Shown here: piece by piece, positions 13,366 to 17,475 of the stretch
How positions within the stretch are numbered: the stretch's first letter is position 1
Layout of the letters: every line of letters begins with the position of its first letter
Virus record (IMG/VR): IMGVR_UViG_3300018080_008418
Source of the DNA: a virus
Reading direction: 5' to 3' (one strand)
Length of the DNA: 17,475 nucleotides
Notes under the pieces: generated by a model
Database searches by the model: none
What the model was told of the DNA's origin: nothing
The model's input: only the letters and a program-made list of their open reading frames with translations
Program-made: the position numbers and the translations under genes

Positions 13366-13553
13366 ATGACAAATACGAAAAGCATGTAAAAGAGATCATC
13401 GAGGAGTTGGTTGAAGAGTATGGCGAGCAGTATCGCCTATTGCTGGAAGATGCTTGGTTTTGGGTGAAGACACGAGAACCAGTGTGGGATCTTCCCAGCC
13501 CTCTCAATCACGAAGAGTTTTTGAGGGACGTGGTGATACGAGCCACAATGTAA
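13362..13553 (+). CDS. Hypothetical acidic protein of 63 aa.
   Basis: ATGA coupling with the upstream ORF. Confidence 0.45.
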   Translation: MNDKYEKHVKEIIEELVEEYGEQYRLLLEDAWFWVKTREPVWDLPSPLNHEEFLRDVVIRATM

Positions 13554-13554
13554 A

Positions 13555-13755
13555 ATGACTTTCCAATACGAAGATGGATGTAGGGTTGAGACACAGCCGA
13601 ACCGGCCATACGGAGTGCGGGCGAGGCTCTTCAATCCTGATGGGAAGTTGGTAAAGCAGATGACGTTCGAGCCGAACGAAGAAGAACATTGGGCGGCTGA
13701 AGTCATTTATGTAAGACACTGGTTGATGAAAAATGGAAGTGTGTATTACGGGTGA
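13555..13755 (+). CDS. Hypothetical protein of 66 aa.
   Basis: The ATG lies 1 nt after the upstream stop. Confidence 0.45.
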   Translation: MTFQYEDGCRVETQPNRPYGVRARLFNPDGKLVKQMTFEPNEEEHWAAEVIYVRHWLMKNGSVYYG

Positions 13756-14005
13756 ACAGTTAAGGGTAGCATTGAAGCAGATTGAACAAGCGGAAGAGCA
13801 GGGGTTCGAGCACTGTTTGTCGATCTTTAAGATCTTTCAGGTAGGTGAATGCGTAAGCGATTGTCAAGCAAGACACGTGGGATTGATATTGCGAGCAGAT
13901 AAGGCCGACCCGAACAAGGATTGGGGTCGGATTTGCAATCAGTTCCTCGGCGACTATAGATATGTTGACGGAGAATTGATCGACATAGCTGAACAAGGTA
14001 GTTGA
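13733..14005 (+). CDS. Hypothetical protein of 90 aa.
   Basis: A + ORF that overlaps the upstream gene by 23 nt. Its stop falls inside the 5' end of tRNA-Ile. Confidence 0.4.
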   Translation: MEVCITGEQLRVALKQIEQAEEQGFEHCLSIFKIFQVGECVSDCQARHVGLILRADKADPNKDWGRICNQFLGDYRYVDGELIDIAEQGS

Positions 14006-14068
14006 AGGCTGGTGGCCTGACTGATGCTGATAACATCGGGATGTCGAGTTCGATTCTCGGAACTACCA
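13997..14068 (+). tRNA. tRNA-Ile (GAT)-like with a non-canonical D-arm.
   Basis: Acceptor GGTAGTT pairs with AACTACC; anticodon arm TGATG-CTGATAA-CATCG; T-arm TCGAG-TTCGATT-CTCGG; discriminator A. Position 8 is G and the D-loop is short. Confidence 0.5.
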
Positions 14069-14078
14069 CTGGGAGATA

Positions 14079-14360
14079 ATGATGGATTACGTAACAGGGA
14101 ATCAGAGAAAAGAGTTGATGCGTCGGCTTAAAGATCGTGGTGTAGCCTATCAGGTCTACACGAATCTGACCCAGCTTCAACTTCTTGCCAGCCAGGGAAA
14201 AGATCCTCAGCAGATCGCTTCCCAGTTAGGGGCAACTAACGAGGACGTGTTACGGGCTTTTGAAATTTTGGGGATTCGCCACAAAGCGAAGGTTGCTGAC
14301 ATGCGGAAGGTGAGGGAGGCCCTTACGAAAGTGAAAGAGGAGCCGATGAAGGGAGTATAG
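14079..14360 (+). CDS. Hypothetical protein of 93 aa, possibly a helix-turn-helix DNA-binding protein.
   Basis: A GGGAGA RBS lies upstream. 'DPQQIASQLGATNEDVLRAFEILGI' is HTH-like. Its TAG stop is formed by U8-A9-G10 of the downstream tRNA. Confidence 0.45.
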   Translation: MMDYVTGNQRKELMRRLKDRGVAYQVYTNLTQLQLLASQGKDPQQIASQLGATNEDVLRAFEILGIRHKAKVADMRKVREALTKVKEEPMKGV

Positions 14361-14424
14361 CTCAGTCGGTTAGAGCGCTAAGCTGATAACTTAGAGGTCG
14401 GAGGTTCGACTCCTCCTACTCCCA
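14351..14424 (+). tRNA. tRNA-Ile (GAT), canonical.
   Basis: Acceptor GGGAGTA pairs with TACTCCC; D-arm GCTC-AGTCGGTTA-GAGC; anticodon arm CTAAG-CTGATAA-CTTAG; T-arm GGAGG-TTCGACT-CCTCC; discriminator A. Confidence 0.8.
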
Positions 14425-14438
14425 CTAGGAGAAATGAT

Positions 14439-14690
14439 ATGTGGCTATGTGGGATCAACGACGTTCCGACGAACTGCTCCAGGTGTGGAGCCGGGATGTA
14501 CGCCCACTATGCCATTGTTGATAACCCCTTCGGGGGCGAGGCGATTTGCGAGGCATGCGAGAAACGTGAAGCCCAGGAAATCAAAATCAAAACGCAAGCG
14601 GCAAAAGGTGCATGTCAAGAAGCGCCTGCGCCAGCGTTACGGCATCGACGCCACGAAATATATCCTGGCCGAAATGACCGAGTTGGTTAG
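14439..14690 (+). CDS. Zinc-ribbon protein. Its C-terminal third overlaps a better-looking reading frame.
   Basis: A strong AGGAGA RBS lies 6 nt before ATG 14439. The product carries 'CSRCG...CEAC'. After about residue 45 the +1 frame looks more protein-like than this frame. Confidence 0.45.
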   Translation: MWLCGINDVPTNCSRCGAGMYAHYAIVDNPFGGEAICEACEKREAQEIKIKTQAAKGACQEAPAPALRHRRHEIYPGRNDRVG

Positions 14691-14943
14691 GAGTCAGCCG
14701 AATGACCACGTGCTCCTATTGAGCGATGGATACATGTCGGGGCCAAACCACTCGTGTCGCACGCATATATACAACATAATGTACATGGGCCAATGGATAC
14801 GGGTGGTCTACGATGTGGACCAGGAGAAGCTGTTGACGGCTCTCCCGCCAAAGCCACCGAAGGATTTAGAGTTTTACGACGCCAACGAGGCAAAAGCAGA
14901 GGTCGAGAAAGACCTTGACGTGAAAGTGTTGTGGAGGGAATAA
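14566..14943 (+). CDS. Hypothetical protein with a basic N-terminus. It is either an independent gene (GTG 14566, or ATG 14672) or the C-terminal part of a frameshifted fusion with 14439.
   Basis: In the +1 frame relative to 14439, 'YGIDATKYILAEMTELVRSQPNDHVLLLSDGY...' is globular-looking, while the overlapping part of frame 0 is Ala/Pro/Arg-rich. Confidence 0.4.
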   Translation: MKPRKSKSKRKRQKVHVKKRLRQRYGIDATKYILAEMTELVRSQPNDHVLLLSDGYMSGPNHSCRTHIYNIMYMGQWIRVVYDVDQEKLLTALPPKPPKDLEFYDANEAKAEVEKDLDVKVLWRE

Positions 14944-15023
14944 TTTTTGAAAACACAGGAGGATGCGATGCTGAATTGTAGTGGTTTCTTGTAAGGCAAT
15001 AACGCCTTACAGGAGACAGTACC

Positions 15024-15221
15024 ATGGCCAAACTGTACAAGCACATGGGTCTGCGTCACCCAAAAACGACGCAAGAACGACGTGAGAGCCAAGAGGGTTG
15101 GGGTCGTCCCCGAAGAAACGTAGCCAACTTGGTTGAGGCGTATGACGACGTGCCCAGGAGCATTCAACGGAGTTGGAAAGAACACAGGAAAACAAGATAC
15201 CATCGTATAAAGGATGCGTGA
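15024..15221 (+). CDS. Small basic hypothetical protein of 65 aa.
   Basis: AGGAGA lies 7 nt before the ATG, preceded by the hairpin GTAAGGC-aataac-GCCTTAC. Confidence 0.55.
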   Translation: MAKLYKHMGLRHPKTTQERRESQEGWGRPRRNVANLVEAYDDVPRSIQRSWKEHRKTRYHRIKDA

Positions 15222-15416
15222 ATGGATTGGGAACAGTTTGGGAAGGATCTCAAGAAGGCCCGTGAAGAGATCACGCTGCAAGACCTAACTCGGTCGCAGT
15301 GGGAAAGGGTTTGCAACCGGATCGCCAACTGCATTCACCAACAAATCCCTTCCAGTGATTTTGACTGGGGGAAGTTCATGAATGCCTGCGGGCTGAAGGA
15401 CAGGAAGGTGGCCTGA
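15222..15416 (+). CDS. Hypothetical protein of 64 aa.
   Basis: The ATG lies immediately after the upstream TGA; AAGGA is the RBS. Confidence 0.5.
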   Translation: MDWEQFGKDLKKAREEITLQDLTRSQWERVCNRIANCIHQQIPSSDFDWGKFMNACGLKDRKVA

Positions 15417-15646
15417 TGGAGCCAGCTAAGCGGCTGATAAGACGGAGCGTATGGGCAATGTTTTACAGCCTGGGAAACAACTTGCCGATGTACGTTTTGC
15501 TAGGCTTTGGCGCATTGATCGAGTGGTTTGGAGCAGATGTGGGAAGTTTTAAGCTTTGCACATTTTTGTTAGGGGCCTTTTTCCTACTTTCATGGTTCCT
15601 TTGGCTGAAGAGTCCTGAAGTAAACAGGAGAATGAACGATGAATGA
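15416..15646 (+). CDS. Small membrane protein of 76 aa with two predicted transmembrane helices.
   Basis: ATGA-type overlap. The hydrophobic stretches are 'MYVLLGFGALIEWF' and 'LCTFLLGAFFLLSWFLWL'. Confidence 0.5.
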   Translation: MEPAKRLIRRSVWAMFYSLGNNLPMYVLLGFGALIEWFGADVGSFKLCTFLLGAFFLLSWFLWLKSPEVNRRMNDE

Positions 15647-15983
15647 ACCTGAACTGGTTGTGCTTGGCGATACTCAGGATCGTTATACTCCTGATCCGGG
15701 CACCCACGGCATTGGGGTTGAGATTTGTTGCGGCGTGTGTGGCACCCCCATGGAGGTCTTCCGCAATGCGTTGGGGCCTCGGGGATTTGCCCAGGCGATG
15801 GGTGGTGGCAAGAGCCCGCATGATGCTTACACTTGTCCCCATCGTGGTGAGGATTGGCATGAACAAGTCGTTGCCCTGAGACAAGAGGCCAAGAAGACGC
15901 CGAGCATGCGTTTGGCCAAGATTATGTTGGAAGAAGCGGGAGATATTTTAGAGACGAAGAAGGTGACCAAGAAGATCACCTGA
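15639..15983 (+). CDS. Hypothetical Cys/His-containing protein of 114 aa.
   Basis: It overlaps the upstream gene in an ATGAATGA junction. The motif 'CCGVCG...CPH' suggests metal binding. Confidence 0.5.
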   Translation: MNEPELVVLGDTQDRYTPDPGTHGIGVEICCGVCGTPMEVFRNALGPRGFAQAMGGGKSPHDAYTCPHRGEDWHEQVVALRQEAKKTPSMRLAKIMLEEAGDILETKKVTKKIT

Positions 15984-15988
15984 TTTAT

Positions 15989-16062
15989 GGTGGGCGTAGC
16001 TCAGTTGGTAGAGCGCTGGATTGTGGTTCCAGTCGTCGCCGGTTCAAGTCCGGTCGCCCACC
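15989..16062 (+). tRNA. tRNA-His (GTG), canonical bacterial type with encoded G-1 and C73.
   Basis: G-1 followed by acceptor GTGGGCG pairing with CGCCCAC; D-arm GCTC-AGTTGGTA-GAGC; anticodon arm CTGGA-TTGTGGT-TCCAG; T-arm GCCGG-TTCAAGT-CCGGT; discriminator C. Confidence 0.8.
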
Positions 16063-16065
16063 CCT

Positions 16066-16140
16066 GTGGCCGTCCCATGCTGGTTTTGGGGCCCTGGCCG
16101 TGAACCAGGGTTACGGCGGGTTCAATTCCCCCCGGTCACC
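16066..16140 (+). pseudogene. Degenerate tRNA-like gene, possibly a pseudo-tRNA-His.
   Basis: Acceptor GTGGCCG pairs with CGGTCAC and the discriminator is C. The anticodon arm CCCTGG-CCGTGAA-CCAGGG has a 6-bp stem and C33. The T-stem has a mismatch and nucleotide 9 is missing. Confidence 0.3.
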
Positions 16141-16145
16141 TTGAT

Positions 16146-16219
16146 GCCCCTATGGCTGAATGGAACTAGGCACCTCGCTTCTAACGAGGATCATGTGGGT
16201 TCGAGTCCTACTGGGGGTA
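16146..16219 (+). tRNA. tRNA-Arg (TCT).
   Basis: Acceptor GCCCCTA pairs with TGGGGGT through G1·U72 and U6·G67 wobbles; a 3-bp D-stem; anticodon arm CCTCG-CTTCTAA-CGAGG; T-arm GTGGG-TTCGAGT-CCTAC; discriminator A. Confidence 0.65.
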
Positions 16220-16276
16220 CTCGGAGCAGACTGTAGAGATGGACTTCCGGCCACCTGTGGCCGGAAGTCCGAACAT

Positions 16277-16348
16277 AGGTCCGTGGTGTAATTGGTAGCA
16301 CGTTGCTCTCCAAAAGCAAAAGTCCGGGTTCAAGTCCTGGCGGGCCTG
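16277..16348 (+). tRNA. tRNA-Trp (CCA).
   Basis: Acceptor AGGTCCG pairs with CGGGCCT; D-arm GTGT-AATTGGTA-GCAC; anticodon arm TTGCT-CTCCAAA-AGCAA; T-arm CCGGG-TTCAAGT-CCTGG; discriminator G. Confidence 0.7.
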
Positions 16349-16414
16349 CTGGGACCAATCTTGCAAGAGAGTTTGGAGCGGTCGCCGCCGACCGTGCCCT
16401 AAACGGCGGCACAC

Positions 16415-16508
16415 AGGTGCCTAGCTCAATTGGTAGAGCACTGGTCTTTTGCCCAAACAGGCAACAAGCCAAAACCAGCGGTTGGGGGTTCGATTCCCTC
16501 GGCACCTG
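16415..16508 (+). tRNA. tRNA-Trp (CCA)-like, 94 nt, with a 21-nt insertion between nt 33 and 34.
   Basis: Acceptor AGGTGCC pairs with GGCACCT; D-arm GCTC-AATTGGTA-GAGC, Trp-like; anticodon stem CTGGT pairs with ACCAG; T-arm GGGGG-TTCGATT-CCCTC; discriminator G. The loop is CT[TTTGCCCAAACAGGCAACAAG]CCAAA. Removing the insert leaves CTCCAAA, identical to the Trp loop at 16308-16314. The insert forms a TTGCC/GGCAA hairpin. Confidence 0.6.
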
Positions 16509-16513
16509 CTTGA

Positions 16514-16608
16514 GCGCCCGTAGCTCAATGGATAGAGCAACGGACTAGAGGTCAGGCTGCCTCACAAATCTAATCCGTAGGTTGCAAGTTCGAGTCTTGC
16601 CGGGCGTG
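16514..16608 (+). tRNA. tRNA-Arg (TCT)-like, 95 nt, with a 22-nt insertion between nt 33 and 34.
   Basis: Acceptor GCGCCCG pairs with CGGGCGT; D-arm GCTC-AATGGATA-GAGC, matching the layout of Arg-UCU tRNAs; anticodon stem ACGGA pairs with TCCGT; T-arm GCAAG-TTCGAGT-CTTGC; discriminator G. The loop is CT[AGAGGTCAGGCTGCCTCACAAA]TCTAA. Removing the insert leaves CTTCTAA, identical to the loop of the Arg tRNA at 16146. Confidence 0.6.
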
Positions 16609-16624
16609 CTTAAGGAGGGAGCCG

Positions 16625-16801
16625 ATGATCGGATACGAAGAAGGCGACGTATGTGGCCGGGATGGCTGTGAAGGCGTCATTGAAATCCATCCGGTTGAGA
16701 ATTGTTCTTGTCACATTAACCCGCCGTGTAGTCAATGTACGGCTCCACGGGAATTCTGCCCTGTGTGTGATTGGGAAGCATCGGAGGAAGAAGATGAGTG
16801 A
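16625..16801 (+). CDS. Cys-rich small protein of 58 aa, zinc-ribbon-like; below the cutoff of the ORF track.
   Basis: A strong AAGGAGGG RBS lies 5 nt before ATG 16625. The product is 'MIGYEEGDVCGRDGCEGVIEIHPVENCSCHINPPCSQCTAPREFCPVCDWEASEEEDE'. Its stop overlaps the next ATG in an ATGAGTGA junction. Confidence 0.5.
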   Translation: MIGYEEGDVCGRDGCEGVIEIHPVENCSCHINPPCSQCTAPREFCPVCDWEASEEEDE

Positions 16802-17135
16802 ATTTGATAAGGGCATCAAGCCCGGCGATCTGATTACAGCCTACCATGCCGGGTTCCACGTGGTCGTAAAGGTCGAGCGTCGTTTTGTCACCAAGGCTGA
16901 CGAAGAGAGATACGACGGTCGTCACGGCAAAGCGGGTGATGAGTACAATTCTTTGGTCTACTACAAGACTGTCATGTCGGCCAAGTACAAGCCGTCGAAG
17001 TCCAAGAAAGAGAAGTGTTGTGATGCGGCATTCTGTTTCAAGCTTTCCAAGGCTCAGATCGAGAAGCGTCGGGCGGAATTGCTCAAAGAGATTAACGAGG
17101 GGCACGACGCCTTGTTGAGGTTGGCTAACCATTAG
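16794..17135 (+). CDS. Hypothetical Lys-rich protein of 113 aa.
   Basis: A GGAGGA RBS lies 5 nt before ATG 16794. The N-terminal extension from 16653 shown in the track reads as out-of-frame filler over the Cys-rich ORF. Confidence 0.55.
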   Translation: MSEFDKGIKPGDLITAYHAGFHVVVKVERRFVTKADEERYDGRHGKAGDEYNSLVYYKTVMSAKYKPSKSKKEKCCDAAFCFKLSKAQIEKRRAELLKEINEGHDALLRLANH

Positions 17136-17475
17136 GGCCGGATGGCGGGTCCGGGCGCTCGAAGTCTTTAGGGTCGTCGTAAAGCTCGTCTTCCATGGCG
17201 TCGTCTACGTAACCATCGGCGAACCTGACCCGGTAGGCCAGGGGCAGCCCGGCCTCCATTCTTTCTTGTTGGGAGCGAATGTCCGCTCCGTCATTGGGTG
17301 CCATACCCAGGATCGTGCATTGCTGGTGTGAATGATACCAGAGCTTGGCATCACACGATTCGTGGCTCTCGAAGCAGTGGTACTCGAACCAGGGGTGATC
17401 GCCAACTTTCCTTGCCCCCTCTACATTGGCGATGGGTAGGATCTTCTTATTTTCTAGCCACTGGGAGAATTTCAT
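17125..17475 (-). CDS. Hypothetical protein of 116 aa. It is the only convincing minus-strand gene, and its start codon is the last triplet of the window.
   Basis: A complete minus-strand ORF beginning 'MKFSQWLENKK'. It converges on the + gene 16794-17135 with an 11-nt overlap. Confidence 0.45.
   Translation of the reverse strand: MKFSQWLENKKILPIANVEGARKVGDHPWFEYHCFESHESCDAKLWYHSHQQCTILGMAPNDGADIRSQQERMEAGLPLAYRVRFADGYVDDAMEDELYDDPKDFERPDPPSGPNG

Noticed and set aside
14434-14565. N-terminal part of the 169-aa ORF starting at 14434.
   Set aside because: This stretch is Arg/Pro/Thr-rich and overlaps the zinc-ribbon frame from ATG 14439, which has the better RBS. Only the C-terminal part of this frame looks coding.
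16021-16548. ORFs 16021-16236 (+), 16191-16505 (-), 16208-16414 (-) and 16303-16548 (+).
   Set aside because: All lie entirely within the tandem tRNA array and are read-through artefacts of structured RNA genes.
16653-16793. N-terminal 47 aa of the 160-aa ORF 16653-17135.
   Set aside because: This stretch is Arg/Val/Leu-rich filler overlapping the better-supported 58-aa Cys-rich ORF in another frame. The true start is ATG 16794, which has a GGAGGA RBS.

Overview
This 17.5 kb window looks like a bacteriophage or prophage segment in a bacterial background. Supporting this, almost every gene is on the + strand, packed into translationally coupled chains with ATGA-type or short overlapping junctions, and the genes use Shine-Dalgarno-like ribosome-binding sites and rho-independent terminators. 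There are two sigma-70-family genes and about 13 tRNA or tRNA-like genes in two clusters. The only convincing minus-strand gene is the last one, 17125-17475. Main content follows. (1) A partial sigma-70 gene and an unknown gene are followed by a JAMM/MPN+ metalloprotease, a minimal E1-like ThiF/MoeB enzyme and a repeat-containing lipoprotein. (2) About 1.1 kb at 3482-4616 is ORF-free and hairpin-dense, has its own sigma-70-like promoter and a terminator, and carries an embedded tRNA-like acceptor/T-arm module; it is a candidate large structured ncRNA. (3) A second sigma-70-family gene is followed by a MoxR-like AAA+ ATPase with a C-terminal zinc ribbon, coupled to an HExxH-metallopeptidase-like plus vWA (MIDAS) protein. 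(4) The tRNA cluster contains three tRNAs with precise 21-22 nt insertions between anticodon-loop positions 33 and 34, read as Asn-like, Trp-like and Arg-like. The latter two sit next to uninterrupted Trp and Arg copies. The same cluster carries a 2H-phosphoesterase gene and a PD-(D/E)xK-like nuclease gene. (5) Many small Cys-rich, zinc-ribbon-like ORFs are present, two of them below the 60 aa cutoff of the ORF track. No CRISPR array, rRNA gene, transposase or integrase is visible. All calls are from reading the sequence by eye. No database search, RNA folding or tRNA-scanning program was run.
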